From an uncultured delta proteobacterium (lineage in GTDB: Bacteria; Myxococcota_A; Polyangia; Fen-1088): a DNA stretch of 64,000 nucleotides. The stretch covers positions 135,453-199,452 of the forward strand of contig CAVWIP010000007.1 of assembly GCA_963755125.1 (NCBI GenBank). Reading direction: 5' to 3'. The translations under genes were made by a program, and so were the position numbers. The notes under the pieces are model-generated. The model searched no databases, had not been told where the DNA came from, and worked only from the letters and a program-made list of their open reading frames with translations. Below, piece after piece: positions 11,112 to 21,669 of the stretch. Every line of letters begins with the position of its first letter. Positions within the stretch are counted from its first letter, which is position 1.

Positions 11112-11217
11112 AGAGCCAGAGCGCGGGAGGGCATGGCGAGGCCGAGCGCAGCGAGCGGGGTAGGTGTGGGGCGTGGGGGGCCGAAGGGCAGAGCGAACCC
11201 CTCCCAGGGTTCCCACG

Positions 11218-11472
11218 TTAGTGAGCCGTCAGGCCACTGCGGATGATACGACGCAGCCCTTCGGCCGGGAGGCGGGGTCCCCGCTTCTCCTCTTCGAAGA
11301 TGATCTGCGCCATTGTGGCAGCCGTCAGATCCTGCTGAGTCGTCTTGTCGATGACCCGGATCTCGTCGCCGTTGCGAATCAGAGCGGCAATCTGTTGCAG
11401 GGTGACATAGTGGCTGTCATGGGTGTCATACAGCTTCCGATTTGAATACCGTTTGATCGTGCGTGCAGTCAT
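11218..11472 (-). CDS. PhaR-like polyhydroxyalkanoate regulator DNA-binding domain protein
   Basis: IKRYSNRKLYDT..SHYVTL and DLTxxTxxQII motifs. Confidence 0.9.
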   Translation of the reverse strand: MTARTIKRYSNRKLYDTHDSHYVTLQQIAALIRNGDEIRVIDKTTQQDLTAATMAQIIFEEEKRGPRLPAEGLRRIIRSGLTAH

Positions 11473-11624
11473 GGCTTTAATCTGCCCCGCACGTGTGGCG
11501 CGTCAAGGACTAAGTCATAATTCGGCGTTATCAAAGCGGAATTCATCGGAAGAACCGGCCGCAGAGCAGGCGTTCTGCGGCACTAGAAGTCTTTAGATTT
11601 GCTAGCCATCCGGTCTTCGCGGGG

Positions 11625-11858
11625 CTACGGCTTGGGCGCCGGCTCACTTGACTGAGCAGAACCGGGCTTGGTCTGCTCACCAGGAATCTCGCTCTTTTTC
11701 GGCGAAACTTCGATCTCGTTTGCGCTCGTGACGGCCCGCTTAAAGTTCTTGATAGCGCGGCCCAATCCATCACCGAGTTGGGGGAGCTTGCTTGCGCCAA
11801 ACACCACCAGGATGACGAGAAGAATGAGAACCCATTCGCCAGCGCCTATTCCAAACAT
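11625..11858 (-). CDS. tatA: Twin-arginine translocase subunit TatA/E
   Basis: MFGIGAGE + TM helix + FGASKLPQLGDGLGRAIKNFK. Confidence 0.93.
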   Translation of the reverse strand: MFGIGAGEWVLILLVILVVFGASKLPQLGDGLGRAIKNFKRAVTSANEIEVSPKKSEIPGEQTKPGSAQSSEPAPKP

Positions 11859-11960
11859 TTGTGCACCGGCCCTCTCTATACCACCGCACATCCATGGGGG
11901 CAATCGAGCGAACGGGCCATTTCTTGGTCCCCTGTGAGTGATCCTGTACGATCCAGTCCC

Positions 11961-14168
11961 ATGCGGCTGACCGCGCGCGCTGCCTTGATTCTGGTCCCGA
12001 TCGGCGTGGCCGCATCTGCGCCTTCCGCGCTGGCAGGCCAACCCTCGGGGCGCGGCCCTGGGCCAGCGGCAACGAAGAACGCCGGCAAGGCCGCCGAGTC
12101 TGGCGCGGATCCGATCCAGGAGAACCCGGCCGAGCGCAAGGCCGTGCGTGGCAGCCCACTCGACGATTTGGACGCCAACGAAAGCCCCGAATTGCGCGAG
12201 GTACACCGTTTCGAGGCGCGAGCCTTTCCGCGCCTTGGCGCGCCCGAGCTGCTGGACGTCGAGCCTGACGATGTGGCCGCACCACTGCCGCCCGGGCTGA
12301 CCGGCCGCTGGGGCGGGACAGGAGATCTTCCCTGGCAGCTGCGCAGCCCCGAGATCGCGGCCCGGGGCGACAAGGCGGCTTCCTCCTCAAGACCCGAGTG
12401 GGCACAGGCTCTGGTGCTGCCCGATCTCCCCGTGCGCTGGGCGCCCCAGGTGATTCGCTACCTGGACTTCTTCAAGAGCGATCCCAAAGGCCACGCCATC
12501 ATGGCCTCGTGGCTGCGCAAGATGGAGCGCTTCCGCGCAGCCTTCGAGGCCGTGCTCGTGCGCAACGAGTTGCCCAAGGATCTCATCTACCTCGCCATGG
12601 TCGAAAGCGGTTTCGAGCCTGGCGCAACTTCCAACAAGAGCGCGGGCGGAGTGTGGCAGTTCATGCCGCAGGTGGCTCGGGCCTACGGCCTGGAAGTTAG
12701 CCACTGGGTCGATGGTCGCCGCGATCCCGAGCGAGCCGCCGAATCGGCCGCGCGCTACCTCAAGGATCTCTACGTTCGTTTTGGCTCGTGGCACCTGGCC
12801 TTCGCTGCCTACAACGCGGGGTACGGCGCTGTCCTCCGGTCCATCGCCCGCTACAACACCAACGACTACTGGGAGCTCTGTCGTCACGAATCAGGACTAC
12901 CCTGGGAGACGACGCTCTACGTGCCGAAGATCCTGGCCGCGGCTATCGTGGGTCACAATCGGGCCGCATTTGGATTTGCCGACGTGGCACCCGATCCGCC
13001 CTGGGCGTACGACACCATCCAAGTCCCGGCCGGGACGTCGTTCACCAGCCTGGCACGGGCAGCAGGCACCAGCTCCGAGGTCATCGAGGCGCTCAATCCT
13101 GAGCTCCTGCGCGATCGCGCGCCGCCCGATCGTGGTCCCTGCACGGTTCGCATCCCGCTCGGCTCGTCCGGGCTTTATGCCCAGGCGGTCGCGCAACTTC
13201 GCAGATCGAGCGAACGGGTCGAAACACTGGTTTTGCGTTTCGGCGAGACGCTGGAAAGCGTGGCCAAGGCGCGCGGTGTTTCGCTGCGCGAACTCAAGCG
13301 CCTCAACGGCGTGGGTGACACCGCCGATCTGCGCGGGGGAACCACCATCCTAGTCCCGGCCCGGTCCGGGGCCCCGGCGCCAGCGTCCAGTGCAGGCGAG
13401 GAGAGCGACGACACCATCCTGGTCGCGGTGCCCGATCACACGTTTGGCATCCCTGGCAGCGAACGCGTCTTCTATCGCACCAGGGATGGCGACACGTTGG
13501 ACGAGATCGCCGATGTCTTCCACGTGAGCGTCGACAATCTGGTCGAGTGGAACAACCTCGACCCGGAGGCGAAGCTACAGCCCAAGCTGGTGTTGCAGAT
13601 CTTCGTGCGGGACGGCTTCGACCGCGCGAACGTGGCCTTGCTCGACCCTGACAAGATTCGCGTGGTCACGTTGGGCTCGCAGGAGTTCTTGGACCTGGAG
13701 GCGGCCCGCCGGGGCAAGACGCGACTGCAATACACGGCGCGCGCGGGCGACACGCTGGCCAAGATCGCGAAGCGCTACGGTTTGGCGCCAGGCGACCTCG
13801 CGCGCATCAACCGGCTCTCGGCCACCAGCGAGCTTGGCGAGGGCCAGAAGATCGTCGTGTATTCCCCGACACCGGAGCTACCACGCGAGATCACTGCGGC
13901 CCGCAGCGCGACTCCCAAGCGCCCCGCTCCGATGGGCAAGCCCATCCTGGCCAAGAATACCTCGACGCACGCGACGCCCAAGGCGACGCCGACGGCCCAC
14001 GGCCCGGTCAAGACCGTGGCCAGCGTTGCGCGGCCGGTGCCGGCGGCGCCGGCCGCAAGGCCCGGCGCCAAGAGCGACGCGAAACCGGGGACGAAGTCAT
14101 CGGTCAAGAGCGGCCCAGCCTCGCGCCCGCCGTCTACCTCCACAAAGACTGCGGCGAGCAAGCGGTAG
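11961..14168 (+). CDS. Membrane-bound lytic murein transglycosylase (MltD-like) with LysM domains
   Basis: VES, GxWQFM, AAYNAG, ETxxYVPK SLT motifs; several GDTLxxIA LysM repeats. Confidence 0.92.
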   Translation: MRLTARAALILVPIGVAASAPSALAGQPSGRGPGPAATKNAGKAAESGADPIQENPAERKAVRGSPLDDLDANESPELREVHRFEARAFPRLGAPELLDVEPDDVAAPLPPGLTGRWGGTGDLPWQLRSPEIAARGDKAASSSRPEWAQALVLPDLPVRWAPQVIRYLDFFKSDPKGHAIMASWLRKMERFRAAFEAVLVRNELPKDLIYLAMVESGFEPGATSNKSAGGVWQFMPQVARAYGLEVSHWVDGRRDPERAAESAARYLKDLYVRFGSWHLAFAAYNAGYGAVLRSIARYNTNDYWELCRHESGLPWETTLYVPKILAAAIVGHNRAAFGFADVAPDPPWAYDTIQVPAGTSFTSLARAAGTSSEVIEALNPELLRDRAPPDRGPCTVRIPLGSSGLYAQAVAQLRRSSERVETLVLRFGETLESVAKARGVSLRELKRLNGVGDTADLRGGTTILVPARSGAPAPASSAGEESDDTILVAVPDHTFGIPGSERVFYRTRDGDTLDEIADVFHVSVDNLVEWNNLDPEAKLQPKLVLQIFVRDGFDRANVALLDPDKIRVVTLGSQEFLDLEAARRGKTRLQYTARAGDTLAKIAKRYGLAPGDLARINRLSATSELGEGQKIVVYSPTPELPREITAARSATPKRPAPMGKPILAKNTSTHATPKATPTAHGPVKTVASVARPVPAAPAARPGAKSDAKPGTKSSVKSGPASRPPSTSTKTAASKR

Positions 14169-14179
14169 GTTTTGCACCC

Positions 14180-15124
14180 ATGCGTTTCGTTGTGGGCACG
14201 GCAGAGGCAGGGTTGCGCCTGGATGCATTCCTGTTGCGGCAGAAGGTGGTGCCCAGTGCCACCGCTGCCCGGCGCGCGATCGCCGAGAGAGTCGTATTCG
14301 TGGGCGGGCGTCCCGGGAAGAAGGGGTTGCGCCTGGGCGAGGGTCAGGTAGTGGAGATGGCCGGCCCCATCCAGGATCGGGTCGTACCCACGCCCGCGGC
14401 CGAGATTCCGCTTTCCGTGTTGTACGCCGACGATGACCTGGTGGTCGTGGACAAGCCCGCTGACTTGCCCTCGCACCCGCTGCGCGCCGGTGAAGGGCCC
14501 AGCCTGGCCGGTGCTCTGGTGGCTCGCTTCCCCGAGTGCGCGGCGGCCTCGCCCGATCCCAGGGAGGGAGGGCTGGTACAGCGCCTGGATCGCGGCACGA
14601 CCGGCGTGCTGGTGGCTGCACGCCGTCTCGCCGTCTGGCAAGGCCTGCGTGACGCCCTTGCGGCGCCGGACTGTGAGAAGACCTACCGCGCTGAGGTGGT
14701 AGGTCGCTTTCCTGAACTTGGCGCCGGTCAGAAAGACTTCGTGAGCCCAGGCGTCGAGCCTGGCACTCTGTTGGTGGCGGTGCCCATCGGCCGCGTGGGC
14801 CGTCGCGGATCGCGGGTGAAACTGGGCGGTGGCCGCCAGCCATTGCCCGCAGTCACCGAGGTGGCTCTGCTAGAACAAAGATCCGGGAGCGCGCTCATCC
14901 AAACGCGGCTTTGCAAGGGCCGAACCCACCAGGTGCGAGCGCACTTGGCCTATCTCGGCATACCGGTCGTGGGTGACACCACCTATGGCGAACCCAGCCC
15001 GAGTGTCGAACCTCCAGCGGTCTTGCACTTGCACGCCGCCACCATCGTGTTCAAACACCCCACGACCGGCCAACTCCTGCGCATCGAAGCTCCTCTTCCC
15101 GATTGGGCCCGTCCGGCTCTGTGA
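14180..15124 (+). CDS. RluA/RluD family pseudouridine synthase
   Basis: S4-like RLD N-terminus, VDKP, RLDRGTTG, GRTHQVRAH, GDxxYG. Confidence 0.93.
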   Translation: MRFVVGTAEAGLRLDAFLLRQKVVPSATAARRAIAERVVFVGGRPGKKGLRLGEGQVVEMAGPIQDRVVPTPAAEIPLSVLYADDDLVVVDKPADLPSHPLRAGEGPSLAGALVARFPECAAASPDPREGGLVQRLDRGTTGVLVAARRLAVWQGLRDALAAPDCEKTYRAEVVGRFPELGAGQKDFVSPGVEPGTLLVAVPIGRVGRRGSRVKLGGGRQPLPAVTEVALLEQRSGSALIQTRLCKGRTHQVRAHLAYLGIPVVGDTTYGEPSPSVEPPAVLHLHAATIVFKHPTTGQLLRIEAPLPDWARPAL

Positions 15125-15196
15125 TCTCCCCTCTCCCCTTTGTGTTCTCAACCTCCGCCCCTACGAGCCACCGTCTTCGCAACCCGCACAATGTCG

Positions 15197-17386
15197 CTAC
15201 TCGAATTGTGCGAGGCTGGTCTCCACCAGCAGGTGCAGCGTTCGGTAGAACGTCAGCAGCTCATCCGCCGAGCCGAAGCTGTCGGTCCATTCACCAAGGG
15301 TGCGGGTGCCGTCGAGAAGACCCCAAACCTCGCGCGGAGTGGGCCCGAGACGAAAGGCCTCGGGGTTGATGCGTGGGTTGGGCATCGCGCGCGGCCGGAA
15401 GCCGGTGAGCGGCGCGAACCGGTTGGCCAGGAAGTCGTAGCTCAGGGCCAGCACACCCGCGCCCAGGATTTCGAAGCTGTTCAGTCCGAGCGGGAACGCG
15501 GCCACAGGGTTTTGCAGGCCGCGGAAGAAGCTGAAATCGCCCTCGGTCCAGGTGAACAACTCCATCACGCGCTCGCGCACCTGCTGTGACAAGAGCCGGA
15601 ATACGTCGAGTGGCCGCATGAAGCCGAGCCCAACCAAGGCTTCGCCCAGCTTGCCCGAGAAGTGATGCATCTCGGCGAGCGCACGCTCGAGATCGGACGG
15701 ACGCAGAAAGCCGCGCGTGACAAGGTATTCGCCGAAACGATCGCCAGACGTGTTGGAGTTGACCGACTCGGGCGCCCCGTGCACGAGGTAGACGTCTTTC
15801 ACCAGATTGCCGCGGGCGAAACGGATCAGGCCGGTTTCGGAGGTCACCGCCAGGTCGGCGATGACCCGCATGGTGGAAATCAGCACCAGATCCCCGGTAT
15901 TGTCCGGCGGCACCGACGGATCACCGCCCGGCACCGCAGCGTGGGCCGCACCGGCCGCCTGGCTCGCCTGGTGCTCGCTTGAGGCAATGCCGACCAGGAT
16001 TGGCCGCAGCCCACTCCCGCCCTTCGCGCGGTAGGTGGAGGTGTTGGGAAGCGGCGTCGTATTGCCGAGAGGAGACGGGGTGTCCAGCCCGCCCGCCAGA
16101 TGATCGATCGAGATCGGGTCCAAGCCCGGCCCGGGACCGGACGCCGGGGTGGCGTACTGGTCCAACTCGACCAGCGACATCGACTTGGCCAGCGCGTCGT
16201 CGAGGGCGGCGACCACCACGGTGGCGGCGGGAGTTGAACCGTCCTCGTCCGAAGAACCCGTCTCCGTGCCGTCCATGTCGATCGGGATGGAGGTTTCCCC
16301 GGCCTGGACGCCCTGCCCCTTGTGTGGCGGGATCTGGCTGCGGCCAGGCTGGGAGCCCGCGCCGTGCCGCCGCGCATGGGCGGCCTCTGACTTGATCTCC
16401 CACCTCCGTGAGTGCTCCTTCAGCCGCTCCATGGCCTCGGGGCGCTTGTCGAAAAGGTCAGAGGCCAGCAGGCCGACGTCGGCGGGGCCCACGCGCAGGC
16501 CGAATTCGAATTCCAGGTCATGGAGAGCGTCGCGGAACTCGGCGGCGGATTGGAAACGTTCGTCCACGTTTTTGGCCAGCCCCCTTCGGACGATGGCTTC
16601 GAGTGCCTGGGGGATGTCCTTGCCGTATTTTTCGAAGCGATCCAGACGGCCATCGCGCACCATGAGCAGAACGTCGAGATCGTTCTGTGCGGTGAACAAA
16701 CGCTTGCCCATGAGCGTCTCCGCCAGCACGATGCCCACGGCGAAGAGGTCGCTCCGACAGTCCAGTTCCGCGCCCGCAACCTGTTCAGGCGACATGTAGC
16801 CGTACTTGCCCTTCAGCGTGCCAGCCTGGGTCTTGGACTCGCGCTCCTGCGCGTGAGCGATGCCGAAGTCCCCCAGCTTGACGTCGCCACGCTGGGAGAT
16901 GAACACGTTGGATGGCGAAATGTCGCGGTGAACCAGGTGCATCGGCTTGCCCTCGATGTCTTTGGCATTGTGCGCATAGTCGAGCGCGTCGAGAACCTCC
17001 ATGGCTATGAACATGCAGATGGGAACGGGCAGGCGAACCTGCTTCTGTGCAGCCGAACGGAGCAGGGCCAGGCCGTCGAACCCGTCCACGAATTCCAGGG
17101 CGATGAAGTACTGGCCGTTGACCTCGCCGAAGTCGGTGACCTGGACGATCTTCGGGTGCACGAGCTGCGCGGTCAGCTTCGCCTCGTCGATAAACATGGA
17201 CACGAAGGTCTTGTCCGCGGCCAGGTTGGGCAGGATGCGTTTGATGACCAGCAGCTTCTCGAAGCCGTGGCCAGAGAGGATCTTGGCCTTGAACACCTCG
17301 GCCATACCTCCGGTGGCCAGGCGCTGCACCAGGGTGTAGCGCCCGAACTGCGAGGGAAATGTGGTGTCCTTTCCCTCGTCTGGCAT
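15197..17386 (-). CDS. Ser/Thr protein kinase with C-terminal DUF4388-like region
   Basis: GGMAEVF, VIK, HRDISPSN, DFG, YMSPE motifs. Confidence 0.95.
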   Translation of the reverse strand: MPDEGKDTTFPSQFGRYTLVQRLATGGMAEVFKAKILSGHGFEKLLVIKRILPNLAADKTFVSMFIDEAKLTAQLVHPKIVQVTDFGEVNGQYFIALEFVDGFDGLALLRSAAQKQVRLPVPICMFIAMEVLDALDYAHNAKDIEGKPMHLVHRDISPSNVFISQRGDVKLGDFGIAHAQERESKTQAGTLKGKYGYMSPEQVAGAELDCRSDLFAVGIVLAETLMGKRLFTAQNDLDVLLMVRDGRLDRFEKYGKDIPQALEAIVRRGLAKNVDERFQSAAEFRDALHDLEFEFGLRVGPADVGLLASDLFDKRPEAMERLKEHSRRWEIKSEAAHARRHGAGSQPGRSQIPPHKGQGVQAGETSIPIDMDGTETGSSDEDGSTPAATVVVAALDDALAKSMSLVELDQYATPASGPGPGLDPISIDHLAGGLDTPSPLGNTTPLPNTSTYRAKGGSGLRPILVGIASSEHQASQAAGAAHAAVPGGDPSVPPDNTGDLVLISTMRVIADLAVTSETGLIRFARGNLVKDVYLVHGAPESVNSNTSGDRFGEYLVTRGFLRPSDLERALAEMHHFSGKLGEALVGLGFMRPLDVFRLLSQQVRERVMELFTWTEGDFSFFRGLQNPVAAFPLGLNSFEILGAGVLALSYDFLANRFAPLTGFRPRAMPNPRINPEAFRLGPTPREVWGLLDGTRTLGEWTDSFGSADELLTFYRTLHLLVETSLAQFE

Positions 17387-17467
17387 CAAGCCCTCATTTT
17401 ATCATGTGAAGATCGCACGGAGAACCTGGGCGCTGCTGGAGTTTCGTAGTACCATGATTTCGCCCGC

Positions 17468-18220
17468 ATGCGTATCCACTCGTCAGGCCAGTCGGACGTC
17501 GGCCGTCGGCGCCCTCATAACGAAGACGCTTTTCTTTGCGACGATGAACTGGGCTTGTACATCGTCTGCGACGGCGTGGGAGGCAACGCGAAGGGCGAGG
17601 TGGCCAGCGCCGAATCCGTGGATCTTGTGCTCTCCTGGGTCAAACGGGGACGCAAGACGCTGGACGCCTTTGCCGCGGCATCCACCGAGGAGAACTCTGG
17701 TCTGGTTCGCCGCCTGCTGGAAAGCGCCGTGCAGTCGGCTTGCTATATGGTCTTCGGCATGGGCCAGCTCGATCCACGGCAGAAGGGCATGTCGAGCACC
17801 CTGTCTTCCCTGCTGGTGACATCCAGCAAGGCATTCATCGCCCAGGTGGGCGACAGCCGGGTCTATCTTTCGCGTGACGGCAAGACGGTTCAGCTCACCG
17901 AAGACCACACCCTGGTCAATTTCCGCCTCAAGCTGGGGCTGATCACGCCGGAGGAGGCCGCATCGTCGCCCGGCAAGAATGTCATCACGCGGGCGGTTGG
18001 CCACCAGGACTACGTCGAGGTGGACACCATCGATCTGGATGTGAAGGCGGGCGATCGCTTCATGTTGTGCTCCGACGGGCTGCACGGCTACCTGGAGGAC
18101 GGTGAGGTCCACAGTTTCCTGCAAGGCGACCGGCAGACCGTGGTGACACAGCTTATCGATATGGCCAACGACCGCGGCGGCCGCGATAACATCACGGTGA
18201 TCGTCTGCGACGTGGAGTAG
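17468..18220 (+). CDS. PP2C-family Ser/Thr protein phosphatase
   Basis: NED, CDGVGG, VGDSR, TEDH, CSDGL, GGRDNIT; divergent from the kinase. Confidence 0.95.
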   Translation: MRIHSSGQSDVGRRRPHNEDAFLCDDELGLYIVCDGVGGNAKGEVASAESVDLVLSWVKRGRKTLDAFAAASTEENSGLVRRLLESAVQSACYMVFGMGQLDPRQKGMSSTLSSLLVTSSKAFIAQVGDSRVYLSRDGKTVQLTEDHTLVNFRLKLGLITPEEAASSPGKNVITRAVGHQDYVEVDTIDLDVKAGDRFMLCSDGLHGYLEDGEVHSFLQGDRQTVVTQLIDMANDRGGRDNITVIVCDVE

Positions 18221-18287
18221 CGGACGATCACGTCTGGGCCGCGCAACCCTGGCTTCCGGTTTCCCGCGAGCTGGCCGGGCCGGACGG

Positions 18288-18953
18288 CTACTTGCGCGCC
18301 AGGCCTCGCCCGCTGAGCTTGCGGAACATGGCGGGATCATACATCTCGGTGAGAAGCTCAACGGTCTTGTAGGACGCGCGGCGCGCCCGGGCCTGGGTTT
18401 CGTCGGCCGTGACCAGGGCGACCAGTGTGTCGCGACCCAGCTCCACACGGCGTTCCTCGTCGGGCAGGACGGAATCACGCAGCAAACGCGCGGTGTCCTC
18501 GTCGCCCTTGTCCTCACAGAAGGAGGCCAGCGCGCCCAGCCGGGTTGCACTCATGCCCGCCACGGTCAAGAACCCCGCCGCCGCGCGCTCCTCGCTGGTC
18601 TGCAGCGAGCGCAGAAACCCGAAGAGCCGCGAGTAGCCGCCCTGGCGCGGGTCGTATGAACCAGGCGCGAGGCCCAGGTCTGCCAGCCGCTCGGAAAGCA
18701 CGCGAAAGTGGCGTGCCCTGTCCCCGCAGTACGAAGCGCAACTGAGCTTCAAAGCCAGCGAGTCGGTGTCGGCCAGCCACAGCGCCGCAATCTCAATGGT
18801 TTCCACCACCATCTTGCTTTCCCACCGCAGGGCCTCTGCCACAGTGACGCCCTCGCTGGTTAAAGCCGGCAGGTAGCGGGACGAGACGAGTCCGCGGAAG
18901 GACTCCTGGTTCTTGAATTCCAGCTCGGAAACGTAGACGTCAGCAGTCACCAT
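18288..18953 (-). CDS. Ferritin-like domain protein
   Basis: Helical protein with DxARH and DEERR motifs (ligands partly degenerate). Confidence 0.65.
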   Translation of the reverse strand: MVTADVYVSELEFKNQESFRGLVSSRYLPALTSEGVTVAEALRWESKMVVETIEIAALWLADTDSLALKLSCASYCGDRARHFRVLSERLADLGLAPGSYDPRQGGYSRLFGFLRSLQTSEERAAAGFLTVAGMSATRLGALASFCEDKGDEDTARLLRDSVLPDEERRVELGRDTLVALVTADETQARARRASYKTVELLTEMYDPAMFRKLSGRGLARK

Positions 18954-19152
18954 GAGGATCCGGCGGGATGTTCCTCCCCGGGATGCCGACTCGTCAAGGG
19001 ACAAGGAATCAAACTGGGAGCCGGGGTGCAGCAGATGTGCGCAGCCACTCAATGTGTCGGGTACGCCCACCTCCCGACTCTGGCCGTTGACCTTTGCGTC
19101 TGTCAATGAAAAATCTGTGTTAGCCGCATAATATTCATGGTACGGAAATGGC

Positions 19153-20313
19153 ATGCTGGGACGCAAGAGCCACGTCGTTGCAATCGGACGCCTGTTCCAC
19201 TCGCATCCGGTGGTTGCGATCTTGGGGCCACGACAGGTCGGCAAGACCACGCTGGCCCGCCTCTACGCCTCGGCGGCGGCATCCGACGTCCAGCATTTTG
19301 ACTTGGAAGACGCGGACAACCTCGGTCGCCTGGGTGAGCCCATGCTCGCGCTGGGCGCTCTGCGCGGACTCACCATCATCGATGAGGTGCAACGGCGGCC
19401 TGAGCTGTTTTCTGCCCTGCGCGTTCTGGTGGATCGGCCTGGTGCGCACCAGCGCTTTCTGGTGCTTGGCAGCGCGTCTCCCGAGCTGCTGCGACAGTCG
19501 TCGGAGACACTCGCGGGTCGGATCGCCTACCACGAACTGCCGGGGTTCTCACTCGCCGAGGTGGGGACGGGCGCCCTGATGAAGTTGTGGTTGCGCGGGG
19601 GGTTTCCGCGGTCGTTCCTGGCCAAGTCGGAAGCGAACAGCCTCGACTGGCGCAAGAGTTTTGTGCGGACGTTTCTCGAACGGGATATCCCGCAGCTCGG
19701 TTTGCGGCTCCCAGCCATCACGCTGCGCCGGTTCTGGACCATGGTGGCCCACTACCACGGTCAGATCTGGAACGCCTCGGAGATCGGGGCTTCGCTGGCG
19801 CTGGCCGACACGACGGTGCGACGCTACCTCGACCTGATGACCGCCACGTTCATGGTCAGACAACTGGCGCCATGGTTCGAGAACTTGGGCAAGCGCCAGG
19901 TGAAGTCGCCCAAGGTGTATGTGACGGACAGCGGCCTGCTACACACGCTGCTCGGTCTGCCCGATCTGCGTGCGTTGGAGGCGCACCCGAAACTGGGGTC
20001 TTCCTGGGAGGGCTTTCTCGTCGAGCAGGTGGTGCAGCGTCTGGGCGTGGAACGCGATGAGTGCTTTTTCTGGGCGACTCACCAGGGCGCTGAATTGGAC
20101 CTGCTCGTGATACGCGGCGGGCGGCGCTACGGTTTCGAGTTCAAGCGCACCTCGGCGCCGACGGTGACCAAGTCCATGCGCATTGCCCTGGAAGACCTAG
20201 CCCTGCAAAGCCTTGACGTCATCCATGCGGGCGCGCACAGCTTCCCGATGGACAAGAAGATCCGGGCCGTGGCGGCCGGAAGGCTGTTGCACGATCTGAA
20301 GCCCCTGCGGTAG
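19153..20313 (+). CDS. AAA_14 ATPase with DUF4143 domain
   Basis: GPRQVGKTT, IIDEVQ, LGSAS, ETLAGR, GGFP, KSPKVY..DSGL, ELDL. Confidence 0.93.
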   Translation: MLGRKSHVVAIGRLFHSHPVVAILGPRQVGKTTLARLYASAAASDVQHFDLEDADNLGRLGEPMLALGALRGLTIIDEVQRRPELFSALRVLVDRPGAHQRFLVLGSASPELLRQSSETLAGRIAYHELPGFSLAEVGTGALMKLWLRGGFPRSFLAKSEANSLDWRKSFVRTFLERDIPQLGLRLPAITLRRFWTMVAHYHGQIWNASEIGASLALADTTVRRYLDLMTATFMVRQLAPWFENLGKRQVKSPKVYVTDSGLLHTLLGLPDLRALEAHPKLGSSWEGFLVEQVVQRLGVERDECFFWATHQGAELDLLVIRGGRRYGFEFKRTSAPTVTKSMRIALEDLALQSLDVIHAGAHSFPMDKKIRAVAAGRLLHDLKPLR

Positions 20314-20466
20314 TCGGCCAGGCTCGGTGTCGCCCATCTTGGACGCCTTCTCGATCAGGCCGTCGACCGGCCAGGTTTAGGGGACGTCGCTGATACATTG
20401 GGTATGATTCGGACAGTTGGAGGCGAGATGCGACATGGAGAAAGACTGGCTTGTTCTCCTATCGCG

Positions 20467-20985
20467 CTATCGCCCAACGGGTGGCAAGAGGTCGCCGACC
20501 AAGCGCTCGAAGTCGCTGCGGCTGATATTGCCGACTAGGGTGCGGCGCAGGTGGCCCTCGCGGTCGTAGGCGAAGAACGCTGGGATCTCACCCTCCCAGC
20601 TCGGAACCAGATCGGCGACGAAATCCTCGGGATGGTCCGCCTTCAAGATGGGACTCCATTGCGGGTTGCCGGTCTTGGCGGCGAGCACGCGTCCCACCCG
20701 CGCCGCGCTCCGCTCGGTCGGGTCATCGAGCGACACCGCCAGAAAATCGATGCTCCGGCTGCTGCCCTCACTCGCCAGCTTGGCCAGTAAGGGCAGCTCC
20801 TTCAGGCAGGGCAGGCACCAGGTGGCCCACAGGTGCAGCACCACTACGCGGCCCTTGTGGCTGGCAAGAGTCGCCTTGAGTTGCGCGGGAGTGATGAAGC
20901 GCGCTGACGGGGCCTGCGCGGGAGCCGGGCTTGTGTGCGTGAGAAACACGCTCAGAACCGAAACCAGCCAGAGTCGCCGCTTCAT
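20467..20985 (-). CDS. TlpA-family thiol-disulfide oxidoreductase
   Basis: Signal peptide, WATWCLPCxxELP. Confidence 0.9.
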   Translation of the reverse strand: MKRRLWLVSVLSVFLTHTSPAPAQAPSARFITPAQLKATLASHKGRVVVLHLWATWCLPCLKELPLLAKLASEGSSRSIDFLAVSLDDPTERSAARVGRVLAAKTGNPQWSPILKADHPEDFVADLVPSWEGEIPAFFAYDREGHLRRTLVGNISRSDFERLVGDLLPPVGR

Positions 20986-21566
20986 GTGCCAATGCGGGGC
21001 AGCGATGCCCCGATTCCGTCCGGGACAAAGTTGCCGCCCGAGACCACGCACTTCAACGCTTCGCGGGTGGGCACGTTCAGAAAGCGGGACTCGGCCTGGG
21101 GCACGAAGTACAGGCGGCCGACGATGGGGTTGGGCGAGTTGGGCACGAACACGCAAAGAACATCCGTGCTGCCCGGGACAGGCCGTCCCGAAGTGAAGCC
21201 CAGCAAGCGCACGCGCCCCGACTCGTCGGGGATCAGCACCACGCGGGCAAATACGCCCAGGTTCACGTCCGGCGTGACCACCACCTGCTTCCAGGTGCGA
21301 TAGAAGTCGCGCAGGCCGGGCAGCCGGCCCAGCACGCGGTCGAAGACTTGCAGGACGTGGCGGCCCACCAGGCTGGTGACGAAGATGCCGAGGAAGTAGA
21401 TGAACACCAGCCCGACCACGATCCCAGCGAACGGGTAGCGCAAGGGCAGGATCCGCTGCGTGATCGCGTCCACGTAGACCACGACGAAGATGGTGATGCC
21501 GAGGGGAATGGCGGCCAGAACGCCCGCCAGGAATTTCGAACGGAAATGTGCAGTCAGGCGATTCAT
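20982..21566 (-). CDS. DUF502 family membrane protein
   Basis: FLAG..AIP, RLPG.R.FY...KQ, VFVPxSPNP..G. Confidence 0.88.
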   Translation of the reverse strand: MNRLTAHFRSKFLAGVLAAIPLGITIFVVVYVDAITQRILPLRYPFAGIVVGLVFIYFLGIFVTSLVGRHVLQVFDRVLGRLPGLRDFYRTWKQVVVTPDVNLGVFARVVLIPDESGRVRLLGFTSGRPVPGSTDVLCVFVPNSPNPIVGRLYFVPQAESRFLNVPTREALKCVVSGGNFVPDGIGASLPRIGT

Positions 21567-21669
21567 GATGGTCCCCCGAGGCTGAGCATACTACGCGACC
21601 CGCGCCGGCCCCATGCGACCAGGAATTGGGTTTGACAGCCCGGCTGGCGGTTCCTACGCTGCTAGTCCA

